A DNA stretch of 51,839 bases from a virus (taxonomy: Duplodnaviria > Caudoviricetes): positions 1 through 51,839 of the IMG/VR virus record IMGVR_UViG_3300025608_000032; one strand, given 5' to 3'. The first letter of the stretch is position 1. Each line of letters opens with the position of its first letter. The position numbers and the translations under genes are program-made. The notes under the pieces were generated by a model, which had not been told where the DNA came from, ran no database searches, and saw nothing but the letters and a program-made list of their open reading frames with translations. Shown piece after piece: positions 9,405 through 17,469 of this stretch.

Positions 9405-9433
9405 TTGACTTGTTATGATAACAAGTGTATAGT
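9405..9433 (+). promoter_or_regulatory. early sigma70 promoter with palindromic spacer
   Basis: TTGACT-17-TATAGT; overlapping palindrome ACTTGTTAT-G-ATAACAAGT. Confidence 0.8.
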
Positions 9434-9464
9434 GTATATGTAAGTTGAGAGAAAGAGAGAAAAC

Positions 9465-9707
9465 ATGATTGATTATATCGCAGCTGACAACGGAAAAATT
9501 GAGATGTATAACAATGGTGATATTGTTGCCGGAGTTGAGACTGCAAAAAGTATCTGTTACGTCTTGCAAATGTATGGTTTCGATGGTAGTGTTGCTACCA
9601 GCAGTAGCATTGACTTTGCAAGTGAATACGGTTTCGAAAATGATGAAGACGCTGCAATCCTTTGGGATGAGGGTGTTAAACGGTTTTATATGGTGGAGGC
9701 ACAATAA
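9465..9707 (+). CDS. hypothetical early protein
   Basis: ORF directly after the early promoter. Confidence 0.75.
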   Translation: MIDYIAADNGKIEMYNNGDIVAGVETAKSICYVLQMYGFDGSVATSSSIDFASEYGFENDEDAAILWDEGVKRFYMVEAQ

Positions 9708-9940
9708 TGAAAAATGTTGAAGAAATTTATGATGATGTGATTGAGTTTGTGGGTTATGTCTACGAATTCTACGGTAAGGGTGGTATCTATGACATGGGTG
9801 CTACTGGAGATCAAATCTTGAAAGCAACTAAGTTGTGTTGGGTGAAGTTCGGTATTGAGAACTTCTGTGGTGACACTGTTGACCGTGAGCGGGTTCGGGA
9901 TATTATGATTGACGAATTTGATTTGGTTTTTCCTAACTAA
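9707..9940 (+). CDS. hypothetical protein
   Basis: Coupled ORF. Confidence 0.75.
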   Translation: MKNVEEIYDDVIEFVGYVYEFYGKGGIYDMGATGDQILKATKLCWVKFGIENFCGDTVDRERVRDIMIDEFDLVFPN

Positions 9941-9954
9941 GAGAGGATATTATT

Positions 9955-10287
9955 ATGGGTTTGAATGTTAGTGTTTATAAAGATAGTGGTTCTGATTACG
10001 ATTGCACTTGCAATGGTGTGACTAATCGGTTTACTCGTTTGAACGTGGTGAATGTGGATGGCCCATTCGATCCAGCTGATGACTGTCCAGCAGTTAAGTT
10101 GGTAAAGGGTAATATGCCAGGCACTGTGAAGATTGTTCCAGTTGATGAACTTGAGAAAGGTTCTTGGACTATGTTCGGTGGCAACTATGCTGCGACTTCT
10201 GATTCTCGTTTCAGTGCGGCGATTGAGAAACTTATCGGTGGACGTTTCTACGGTGCAGTTCCAGTTCATGACCGTGTGGAGGCATAA
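9955..10287 (+). CDS. conserved phage hypothetical protein
   Basis: MFGGNYAATSDSRFS...VPVHDRVE motif; GAGG SD. Confidence 0.8.
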   Translation: MGLNVSVYKDSGSDYDCTCNGVTNRFTRLNVVNVDGPFDPADDCPAVKLVKGNMPGTVKIVPVDELEKGSWTMFGGNYAATSDSRFSAAIEKLIGGRFYGAVPVHDRVEA

Positions 10288-10520
10288 TGAAATACGATAT
10301 TGAAGTTTTGAAAAAGATGATTTGTGTCTATGATATGAACATCAAGTCGTTCTCACAATACACTAATGTAGAAGAACGACTTGCACAAATGGTTAAGGAA
10401 CGCCGTGACATTGCGGCACTGATTGAGAATGATGGGGTTCTAGATTCTTACATGAACCGTCCAGATTCTATGATGTATACTGCGAACACTCCTGGCGTTG
10501 ATACTTCTTGGTGGGGTTAA
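10287..10520 (+). CDS. hypothetical protein
   Basis: Coupled ORF. Confidence 0.7.
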   Translation: MKYDIEVLKKMICVYDMNIKSFSQYTNVEERLAQMVKERRDIAALIENDGVLDSYMNRPDSMMYTANTPGVDTSWWG

Positions 10521-10521
10521 T

Positions 10522-10956
10522 ATGAAACAGAAATGGTTAGATGCATACATGGACACTGCGAAACGATTCTCAGAATTGTCCAGTGCCACTCGTTTGAAGG
10601 TTGGTGCATGTGTTGTCAAAGACCATCGTATCATCTCCATTGGTTATAATGGAACTCCCTCTGGTTGGGATAACAGTTGTGAAGATGAAGTCTACTCAGA
10701 TTTTGACGACAAATATCATCTTAAAACTAAACCAGAAGTGGTTCACGCAGAGGCGAATGCGATTATCAAACTCGCTCGTGATGGTGAGTCTGGTAAGGAT
10801 GCCTCTATCTTCATCACACATGCCCCATGTATCCACTGTTCGAAGATGATACAGGGTGCGGGCATAAAAAATGTTTATTACTCCATAGAATATCGTGATG
10901 ATTCTGGTGTAAAATTTCTTGAAAAAAGTGGCTTAAAAGTTGAAAAAATCGCTTGA
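10522..10956 (+). CDS. cd: dCMP deaminase
   Basis: GYNG, HAEANA and PCIHC zinc motifs. Confidence 0.93.
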   Translation: MKQKWLDAYMDTAKRFSELSSATRLKVGACVVKDHRIISIGYNGTPSGWDNSCEDEVYSDFDDKYHLKTKPEVVHAEANAIIKLARDGESGKDASIFITHAPCIHCSKMIQGAGIKNVYYSIEYRDDSGVKFLEKSGLKVEKIA

Positions 10957-10981
10957 CATTCTTGTTCTGATAACATATACT
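10953..10981 (+). promoter_or_regulatory. early sigma70 promoter with palindromic spacer
   Basis: TTGACA-17-TATACT; spacer contains TGTTCTGATAACA. Confidence 0.8.
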
Positions 10982-11013
10982 GTATAGGTAAGGTTGAGAT
11001 TGAGGACTAAATT

Positions 11014-11349
11014 ATGAAATTTGTTGTGACTACCCAAGCTTTGGAAAACTACGGCGCTCACTGTGAGTCTGGTAAGTTTAAGGACGGCAATGCATACTGG
11101 AAGTTCAAGTCTGGTATGGACTACGTTGTCGAAGGACTTGATCGTCCACAGGATGCAATGGCATTTGTTGCCGCAATCGGCATTGAAAATGGTGTCGGTT
11201 GGAAAGAGTTTCCTAGTGAGGTTGTGACTTATGATGAGTGGGAATCTCAGTTTGACCCAAACGATGAGTTTGATGTTGAACACAAGGAGTTCAAATTACA
11301 ATATATGAAGGTGGTGAATCCTGCCACCTATGTGAAGGAGGCCGCATAA
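11014..11349 (+). CDS. hypothetical early protein
   Basis: ENYGAH...YWKFK motif; GAGG SD. Confidence 0.75.
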   Translation: MKFVVTTQALENYGAHCESGKFKDGNAYWKFKSGMDYVVEGLDRPQDAMAFVAAIGIENGVGWKEFPSEVVTYDEWESQFDPNDEFDVEHKEFKLQYMKVVNPATYVKEAA

Positions 11350-11510
11350 TGGTTGAAGTTTTGAAAGATATTGAGGTTTTGGAAAACCTGTTGATTGCAA
11401 TGAATGAGGGTGCGTCTGATGAGAAGCGCATGGCACTTTCTTCTGTTGAACGATTGATTGACGAAAAGAAATCAATGATTGAGGAGTTTGAGAAGGAATG
11501 TGCGTCTTGA
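11349..11510 (+). CDS. small hypothetical protein (53 aa)
   Basis: MVEVLKDIEVLENLLIAMNEGASDEKRMAL...; TAATG coupling. Confidence 0.65.
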   Translation: MVEVLKDIEVLENLLIAMNEGASDEKRMALSSVERLIDEKKSMIEEFEKECAS

Positions 11511-11553
11511 TAAATACTTTTAAGAGTATACAATCTTAGAGAGAGGTAATTCT

Positions 11554-11757
11554 ATGACAGCAATCGAACATGCCATTGTGGCCACAGTTGCACTTTATAT
11601 CTTCCATAAGTGGGGAGAGCGGAAGGGGCGGCGGGAAGTCGTTGAAGATATCATTGAAAGCACTCTGATATCCTTAGAAGATGGTGACTACATTCGTTGT
11701 AAGGTTGATGATAACGGTGAAAAAGAATTAATCAAAATTTCTGAAATAAAGTCTTGA
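11554..11757 (+). CDS. hypothetical membrane-anchored protein
   Basis: GAGAGAGG SD; N-terminal hydrophobic segment. Confidence 0.7.
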   Translation: MTAIEHAIVATVALYIFHKWGERKGRREVVEDIIESTLISLEDGDYIRCKVDDNGEKELIKISEIKS

Positions 11758-11797
11758 CAGAGGATTGATTATAGTATAGTATGTGAAAGGTGATGTG

Positions 11798-11938
11798 ATG
11801 ATTTATGAAACCCTAGAAGAGGCAGTCAATGCCGCAAAAGAATTCAGTGAGGCACTTGAAACGGTGGTGAAGATTACCAAGTGTGAAGGTGGATATGAAT
11901 TCTTTGGTATGGGTGAAGTTGTCCAAATAGTTGAATGA
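11798..11938 (+). CDS. small hypothetical protein (46 aa)
   Basis: MIYETLEEAVNAAKEFSEALETVVKITKCEGGYEFFG...; follows a TTGACA promoter. Confidence 0.6.
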   Translation: MIYETLEEAVNAAKEFSEALETVVKITKCEGGYEFFGMGEVVQIVE

Positions 11939-11949
11939 AAGGTAAGGAC

Positions 11950-12402
11950 ATGAAAAAGGTAATGGTTGCAACAGCGGTTGCATTGATGGTGTCAACTCCG
12001 GCACTCGCAGAGAAACAAGTAGTTACAGATGTGCAAGATATCTATAAGACTGTAACTCGTAATATCCCACAGACAGAACAAGTTTGTAACTTGGTAGAAG
12101 TTCCCATCTATGGTGAGAAGAAGTTTGACCAAGGTGGTGCAATTGTCGGTGGTTTGATTGGTGGTATTCTTGGAAACCAAATCGGTAAAGGTGGCGGTAA
12201 GGAAGCTGCAACTGGTGTAGGTGCGATGGCAGGCGCTATCATTGGTGGTAAGAACGGTGAACAACAAATCATCGGTTATCGTCAAGAAACTCGTTGTCAG
12301 AATAAGACTACATATACCACAGAAACAAAAGAGGTTTACTCGCACAGTGTTGTTACGTTCTATCACGAAGGACGTATGTATCGTGTGAAGTTTAATAAGT
12401 AA
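11950..12402 (+). CDS. glycine-zipper 2TM protein (YcfJ-like), exported
   Basis: Signal peptide; GAIVGGLIGGILGNQIGKGGGKEAATGVGAMAGAIIG. Confidence 0.85.
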   Translation: MKKVMVATAVALMVSTPALAEKQVVTDVQDIYKTVTRNIPQTEQVCNLVEVPIYGEKKFDQGGAIVGGLIGGILGNQIGKGGGKEAATGVGAMAGAIIGGKNGEQQIIGYRQETRCQNKTTYTTETKEVYSHSVVTFYHEGRMYRVKFNK

Positions 12403-12416
12403 ACCGTTGAGTTAAT

Positions 12417-12493
12417 CTCTCCCTAGCTCAACAGGATAGAGCAACGGCCTTCTAAGCCGTAGGTTACAGGTTCGAATCCTGTGGGGGAGGCCA
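12417..12493 (+). tRNA. tRNA-Arg(TCT)
   Basis: Cloverleaf; anticodon arm ACGGC-CTTCTAA-GCCGT; encoded CCA. Confidence 0.95.
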
Positions 12494-12507
12494 ATTATAG
12501 GAAGATA

Positions 12508-12753
12508 ATGAAACCTAATAAATATAATAAAGAAAGACAAAAGGATGGAATGACTGTCGAAGTTCGCAATGGTAATGTGGACAAGGCAATCAGAATTTTA
12601 AAGAAGAAACTCATTGCAGATGGTTTCTTCCAAGAGATGCGTGAAAGAACCTTTTACGAAAGTAAAGGAACCAAACGCAGAAAAGCAAAGGCATCTGCAA
12701 CTCGTAGATACAAACGAAAGATGCAGAAACGTAAAGAAGAACTTGGTTATTAA
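12508..12753 (+). CDS. rpsU: 30S ribosomal protein bS21
   Basis: VEVRNGNVDKAIRILKKKL...EMRERTFYESKGTKRRKAK. Confidence 0.88.
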   Translation: MKPNKYNKERQKDGMTVEVRNGNVDKAIRILKKKLIADGFFQEMRERTFYESKGTKRRKAKASATRRYKRKMQKRKEELGY

Positions 12754-12769
12754 ATAGGATGGTATTATC

Positions 12770-13276
12770 ATGGCAAGAGTTAAACGTGAGAATGATGCAA
12801 CTCTCCCTAAACAACGTAAACGTAGGAAACCTATGTCGCCTGAACAGAAGGCAGCAGCGGCAGAACGATTGCGTCTTGCTCGTGAGAAACGTCTAAAAGA
12901 AAACCCCCCAGAATACAAGTCTGTTCACCCAGATGTATTGAAACATTCAGAGGATCATCCATGGCATCACCTCAAAGTGAAACAATGGATTAAGACTCAG
13001 AAAGATTTGTTAAGTGCAGAGAAACGTAATGCTCGGGCAAACGTCAAGGGTGCAATTGCAAAGGTAGCAAACATCGAAGGTTATATTCGTAATCTTGAAA
13101 ACTACTTGAAAAGCGGAACTTACCTAGATTTATTTTGGGGTGAGTATCAACAAAACAAATGTAAACAAGTCTGTTTAGTAATGGCATACTATCCAGACGG
13201 AACTCCTAAACGTTCAGTTGGTGTTTGGTATCCAGACATTCAATGTGAGTGGACAACGGAGATGGAAGAAAGTTAA
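12770..13276 (+). CDS. conserved T4-like hypothetical basic protein
   Basis: RKPMSPEQKAAAAERLRLAREKR motif. Confidence 0.8.
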   Translation: MARVKRENDATLPKQRKRRKPMSPEQKAAAAERLRLAREKRLKENPPEYKSVHPDVLKHSEDHPWHHLKVKQWIKTQKDLLSAEKRNARANVKGAIAKVANIEGYIRNLENYLKSGTYLDLFWGEYQQNKCKQVCLVMAYYPDGTPKRSVGVWYPDIQCEWTTEMEES

Positions 13277-13277
13277 T

Positions 13278-13352
13278 GCCGGTGTGGCTCAACGGTAGAG
13301 CAACTGATTTGTAATCAGTAGGTTGGAGGTTCGATTCCTTTCACCGGCACCA
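13278..13352 (+). tRNA. tRNA-Thr(TGT)
   Basis: Cloverleaf; ACTGA-TTTGTAA-TCAGT; CCA. Confidence 0.95.
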
Positions 13353-13358
13353 AAATTT

Positions 13359-13432
13359 GCGGGCATCGTATAATGGTAATACCTCAGATTTCCAATCTGA
13401 TGCTAGGAGTTCGATTCTCCTTGCCCGCTCCA
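13359..13432 (+). tRNA. tRNA-Gly(TCC)
   Basis: Cloverleaf; TCAGA-TTTCCAA-TCTGA; CCA. Confidence 0.95.
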
Positions 13433-13437
13433 AATAT

Positions 13438-13513
13438 TGCCTGATAGCTCAGTTGGTAGAGCAGAAGACTGTTAATCTTTTGGTCGCAGGTTCGAGTCCT
13501 GCTCGGGCAGCCA
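13438..13513 (+). tRNA. tRNA-Asn(GTT)
   Basis: Cloverleaf; GAAGA-CTGTTAA-TCTTT; CCA. Confidence 0.95.
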
Positions 13514-13517
13514 ATTT

Positions 13518-13594
13518 CGGAGTATAGGTCAGTCTGGTAGACCGCTACGTTTGGGACGTAGATGTCGGTGGTTCGAATCCATCTACTCCGACCA
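13518..13594 (+). tRNA. tRNA-Pro(TGG)
   Basis: Cloverleaf; CTACG-TTTGGGA-CGTAG; CCA. Confidence 0.95.
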
Positions 13595-13602
13595 ATAATC
13601 TA

Positions 13603-13631
13603 TTGACAACTAGTAATATATGGGGTAATAT
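13603..13631 (+). promoter_or_regulatory. sigma70-type promoter
   Basis: AATCTA-TTGACA-17-TAATAT; same upstream context as 4062 and 20447. Confidence 0.6.
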
Positions 13632-13662
13632 ATATTATTGGAAAATATAGGATGATTATAAG

Positions 13663-14523
13663 ATGATATTAGTTGACATGAACCAAGTCACCATCAGTAA
13701 TCTGATGATGCAAATTGGTTCTCGTAGACAGAATGATGTAGATGAAAATCTAGTTCGTCATATGGTTCTGAACTCGCTTCGTGCTTATCGAAGTAAGTTC
13801 AGTGAAGAATATGGTGAACTAGTTCTATGTTATGATAGCAAAAAATATTGGAGAAGAGAATACTTCCCCAATTACAAATCCAATCGTAAGAAGGACAGGG
13901 AAAAGTCTGGACTAGATTGGCCTTTAATCTTTGATACACTGAATAACATTCGTGACGAAATCAAAGAGACATTCCCCTACAAGGTAGTTGAAGTAGAAGG
14001 TGCAGAGGCAGATGATTGCATTGCATCTATTGTGCAACACATTGCAGAGACTCCAAATGAGTTTGAATCTGTTCTTATATTGTCAGGCGACAAGGACTTC
14101 ATCCAACTTCAGAAACACAGTTTTGTAAAACAATACAGTCCAGTGTTGAAGAAGTTTGTGAACGGCCAAGACCCGACACTATATATTAAGGAACATGTAT
14201 TGAAGGGCGATAGAAGTGACGGTATTCCTAACTTCTTGTCACCAGACAATACATTCGCAGATGATTTGCGACAGAAACCACTGGCCAAGAAGAAACTGGA
14301 AACATGGATTACTCTTGAACCAGAAGATTTTTGCACAGAGGAGATGTTAAGAAATTATCAGCGAAACAAAACATTGATTGATTTGGATTATATTCCAAGT
14401 GACTTGAAGGTGGCGATTCTGGAAGAATACAGGAAACCCCCAAAAGGCGACAGAAACAAACTACTAAATTATTTCATACAGAAGAGATTGAAAAATCTCA
14501 TGAATGATATCGGAGACTTTTAA
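13663..14523 (+). CDS. rnh: T4-like RNase H (5'-3' exonuclease, FEN family)
   Basis: ILVDMNQ, YKSNRKK, EADD, SGDKDFIQL and GDRSDGIPN motifs. Confidence 0.93.
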   Translation: MILVDMNQVTISNLMMQIGSRRQNDVDENLVRHMVLNSLRAYRSKFSEEYGELVLCYDSKKYWRREYFPNYKSNRKKDREKSGLDWPLIFDTLNNIRDEIKETFPYKVVEVEGAEADDCIASIVQHIAETPNEFESVLILSGDKDFIQLQKHSFVKQYSPVLKKFVNGQDPTLYIKEHVLKGDRSDGIPNFLSPDNTFADDLRQKPLAKKKLETWITLEPEDFCTEEMLRNYQRNKTLIDLDYIPSDLKVAILEEYRKPPKGDRNKLLNYFIQKRLKNLMNDIGDF

Positions 14524-14524
14524 A

Positions 14525-14977
14525 ATGGTAAAAGACACATACACACCTCTATTGAGTGAGGTTTTAAAAAAGGTTCACAATGCAAAGACTAAGGCAAAGA
14601 AGGTAGAACTTCTACGTCAATATGATAGTGAACCACTACGAATGATTCTTAAATCATCATTCGACCCCAACATTGAATGGTTGCTCCCAGAAGGGGACGT
14701 TCCATACAAGGCAAACGAATCAGTTGAAGGAACAGAACATACAGTCCTACGCCGTGAGTCTAGGAAACTGTATCGTTTTGTCAAAGGTGGCGATGACAGA
14801 CTCCCTCAGGCAAAACGTGAAAACATGTTCATCCAGATGTTGGAAGGTTTGCACAAGTCAGAGGCAGACTTAATTGTTGCTGCCAAAGACAAGAAACTGC
14901 ATCAAGTATACAAAGGATTGTCTGCGGCAGTTGTGAAAGAAGCGTTCGGTTGGAACGATAACTATACTAGGAGTTAA
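14525..14977 (+). CDS. conserved T4-like hypothetical protein
   Basis: LPEGDVPYK...KRENMFIQMLEGLH; typical position after rnh. Confidence 0.8.
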   Translation: MVKDTYTPLLSEVLKKVHNAKTKAKKVELLRQYDSEPLRMILKSSFDPNIEWLLPEGDVPYKANESVEGTEHTVLRRESRKLYRFVKGGDDRLPQAKRENMFIQMLEGLHKSEADLIVAAKDKKLHQVYKGLSAAVVKEAFGWNDNYTRS

Positions 14978-14980
14978 ATT

Positions 14981-15553
14981 ATGAAAGAGGGCGTGATCGT
15001 CCCCAGTGTGACATTTAAATATCGTGTTCGCACAGACGGTGAAGAAATTTGCCATGTAGACAAGACAAACGGTGGACTGAATCCTTTTGATTGGAAAGAT
15101 GTAACCACACAAGATATTTTCGGAGGCAAACGTGTGGTGGTGTTCTCACTGCCGGGCGCCTTCACTCCAACCTGTTCAACCATGCAAGTGCCTGGATTTG
15201 AAGAACGGTATTGGGAAATTCGTAAAGACTATGGTATTGATGAAATCTATGTTATCTCAGTGAATGATACGTTCACTATGCGTAAATGGATGATCGATCA
15301 AGGTGTCAAGAATATTAAGTTTATACCAGACGGTAACGGCGAGTTTACAAGACAAATGGGTATGCTTGTCGATAAGAGCAATCTTGGGTTTGGTATGCGC
15401 TCTTGGCGTTATGCTATGGTTGTGAACGATGGCAAGATTGAAGAGTTTTGGGAAGAACCTGGCCGAACAGATAACGCTCAAGACGATCCATATGTAACCA
15501 CTGACCCAGATACCATTATCACATGGTTGGGTTCAACTTTTAATAGAGGATAA
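14981..15553 (+). CDS. peroxiredoxin (Prx5/redoxin family)
   Basis: LPGAFTPTCS, SVND, DGNGEFT and RSWRYAM motifs. Confidence 0.93.
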   Translation: MKEGVIVPSVTFKYRVRTDGEEICHVDKTNGGLNPFDWKDVTTQDIFGGKRVVVFSLPGAFTPTCSTMQVPGFEERYWEIRKDYGIDEIYVISVNDTFTMRKWMIDQGVKNIKFIPDGNGEFTRQMGMLVDKSNLGFGMRSWRYAMVVNDGKIEEFWEEPGRTDNAQDDPYVTTDPDTIITWLGSTFNRG

Positions 15554-15556
15554 ACA

Positions 15557-16432
15557 ATGAGTTTCGAATTTGATTTCACTAAGGAACATCTACAGGAAAT
15601 CATTTCTGCTGATGCAGATGATTGGTATGATGCACTATGCGAACTACTACCAAAATATGGTATCACAACAGAACGTAGAGTTGCACACTTTCTAAGTCAG
15701 TGCGCTCATGAGTCTGGTGGTTTCAAACGACTAGAAGAAAACCTAAACTATTCTGCAAAGGCACTACGTTCAGTCTTTGGACGTTACTTTGGCGAACCCC
15801 CAAAGGCAGATGCAGATGAGTATGCCCGTAATCCAGAGATGATTGCCAATCGTGTATACAACGATGAGTATCGTAAGTATAAGATGGGCAACACTGAAGA
15901 GGGTGACGGTTGGCGTTTTCGTGGCCGTGGCCTGAAACAGTTGACAGGGCGTGACAACTACACTCGTTTCGGCAAGTCAGTTGATATGACTGCCGAAGAA
16001 GCGGCAGAGTATGTTGCAACTCCGGCGGGTGCGATTGAGTCTGCATGTTGGTTTTGGGATGCAAACAATCTAAACGATATTGCAGACACAGACAACGTTG
16101 TGAAGATGACTAAGAAGATTAACGGTGGCAACATCGGACTAGAAGATCGTCAGAAACGCTACACTCATGCAATGGAAGTCCTAGGCATGAGTGTCGAAGA
16201 CTTGGGTGCAGACGATGGTGACATTGAAGATATTCTAGATGATATCGGCGTTCTACGCAAAGGGTGTAAAGGTGAAGGCGTCAAACTGATGCAAGAAGCA
16301 TTGGGTATTGGTGCCGATGGTGACTTTGGCCCAGGCACAGAACGTGCATTGAAAGAGTGGCAAGCTGCAAACGGTTTGGTTGCAGATGGTATTGCAGGCC
16401 CTGCCACACTTGCTAAACTTTTTGAAGATTAA
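15557..16432 (+). CDS. endolysin: GH19 domain plus C-terminal peptidoglycan-binding domain
   Basis: FLSQCAHESGGF, GDGWRFRGRGLKQLTG, TKKINGG; PG_binding_1 motifs DGDFGPGT and DGIAGPAT. Confidence 0.93.
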   Translation: MSFEFDFTKEHLQEIISADADDWYDALCELLPKYGITTERRVAHFLSQCAHESGGFKRLEENLNYSAKALRSVFGRYFGEPPKADADEYARNPEMIANRVYNDEYRKYKMGNTEEGDGWRFRGRGLKQLTGRDNYTRFGKSVDMTAEEAAEYVATPAGAIESACWFWDANNLNDIADTDNVVKMTKKINGGNIGLEDRQKRYTHAMEVLGMSVEDLGADDGDIEDILDDIGVLRKGCKGEGVKLMQEALGIGADGDFGPGTERALKEWQAANGLVADGIAGPATLAKLFED

Positions 16433-16445
16433 TTTTAAAAAGTTC

Positions 16446-16474
16446 TTGACTATTAGTAGCTTATGGGTTACTAT
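16446..16474 (+). promoter_or_regulatory. sigma70-type promoter for the sRNA/tRNA-like unit
   Basis: TTGACT-17-TACTAT; predicted +1 near 16481. Confidence 0.65.
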
Positions 16475-16480
16475 AATAAA

Positions 16481-16540
16481 AGATGGTGAGGGCAACGCCT
16501 CTCTCTCAACTCTCTCTCTCACTAGTTGACTTCACCATCT
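16481..16540 (+). ncRNA. putative hairpin sRNA with CU-rich antisense loop
   Basis: 16-bp stem (one G-U, one mismatch) enclosing the loop GCCTCTCTCTCAACTCTCTCTCTCACTA; complementary to 29624-29651. Confidence 0.7.
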
Positions 16541-16544
16541 CACT

Positions 16545-16619
16545 GCGGTTGTAGTATAAAAGTATTACAGTTATCTTCCCGATAACAGATGGAGGTGCGA
16601 TTCCTACCCAACCGCTCCA
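16545..16619 (+). tRNA. atypical tRNA-Gly(TCC)-like RNA
   Basis: Perfect acceptor stem GCGGTTG/CAACCGC, U73 and CCA; no GG in D-loop, C37, T-loop TGCGATT, bulged T-stem. Confidence 0.8.
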
Positions 16620-16639
16620 TTTTTTTCTACTTCTTAGAT

Positions 16640-16668
16640 AAGCCCTTGATTCTCAAGGGCTTTTTTTT
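16640..16668 (+). terminator. Rho-independent terminator
   Basis: Identical to 9355-9383. Confidence 0.85.
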
Positions 16669-16680
16669 AGCTAAAAACGC

Positions 16681-16708
16681 TTGACTTTGTTCTCAGAACA
16701 TGTATAAT
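16681..16708 (+). promoter_or_regulatory. early sigma70 promoter with palindromic spacer
   Basis: TTGACT-16-TATAAT; spacer TGTTCT-C-AGAACA. Confidence 0.8.
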
Positions 16709-16739
16709 ATAGGTATAGATTGAGAAAAGAGAGACAAAT

Positions 16740-17153
16740 ATGAACTATATTCAAGTCAACGGTGGTAACAAGTTCCAGAGAGAGATTGCCGAGAAGGTAG
16801 TCGGTTTCTGTATCAAAGAACTGTTACCTCGCTTTCGAACTCTAGAAATCACTGTCAACATCAAGAAAATCAAGGGTGATGCCGTTGGTTACTGTATGAT
16901 GGAAGACACTAACCGTGAGTTTGAGATTGAGATTAGTCGTGAACTAACCCTCAAAGATTTTATTACCACACTCACCCATGAGATGGTTCACGTTAAGCAG
17001 TATGCTCGCAACGAAATGGATGGGTATAGTAATCGTTGGAAGAAAGCGAAAGTCAAAGAGGGAACCAACTATTGGGAACTTCCTTGGGAAAAGGAAGCCT
17101 ATCGTCTACAGGACAAGTTGGCACAGATGGTTTGGGATGCAGATATACTATGA
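16740..17153 (+). CDS. HEXXH zinc metallopeptidase-like (SprT-like) protein
   Basis: TLTHEMVHVKQY...PWEKEAY. Confidence 0.8.
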   Translation: MNYIQVNGGNKFQREIAEKVVGFCIKELLPRFRTLEITVNIKKIKGDAVGYCMMEDTNREFEIEISRELTLKDFITTLTHEMVHVKQYARNEMDGYSNRWKKAKVKEGTNYWELPWEKEAYRLQDKLAQMVWDADIL

Positions 17154-17410
17154 TAAACCAAGAAATAAGAAATAGAATCAAATTGTCTGTTGCGGCTTAT
17201 GCCTATGAGATAGAAGATGATTCGATTATGTCTGATGCAGATTTTGATGAAATGTGTAAACATATAGATGTTACTAAAACAACAGGTAACATAAAAATGG
17301 ATGCTTTCTTCAAGACGGAGTTTGACCCTTCTACTGGACAGTGGATACACAGACATCCCGAATTAAACAAAATTAAAATAATTTATGAAAAATATTACAA
17401 AAACCGTTGA
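17150..17410 (+). CDS. stand-alone protein resembling NAD-ligase N-terminal domain Ia
   Basis: AAYAYE..DDSIMSDADFD resembles the LigA YY..D.P.ISDAEYD motif. Confidence 0.6.
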   Translation: MINQEIRNRIKLSVAAYAYEIEDDSIMSDADFDEMCKHIDVTKTTGNIKMDAFFKTEFDPSTGQWIHRHPELNKIKIIYEKYYKNR

Positions 17411-17469
17411 CAATATATTGACACGGTGATATATTAGCTATGTAAGAGATCAGAAAGAGAGAATATATT

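Noticed and set aside
12481-12507. GTG start for the bS21 ORF given in the track
   Set aside because: It overlaps the 3' end of tRNA-Arg; the ATG at 12508 with an AGGA SD is more plausible.
9355-16708. Identical repeats as a CRISPR array or IS ends
   Set aside because: They are dispersed terminator-promoter cassettes; there are no regular spacers, transposase or cas operon.
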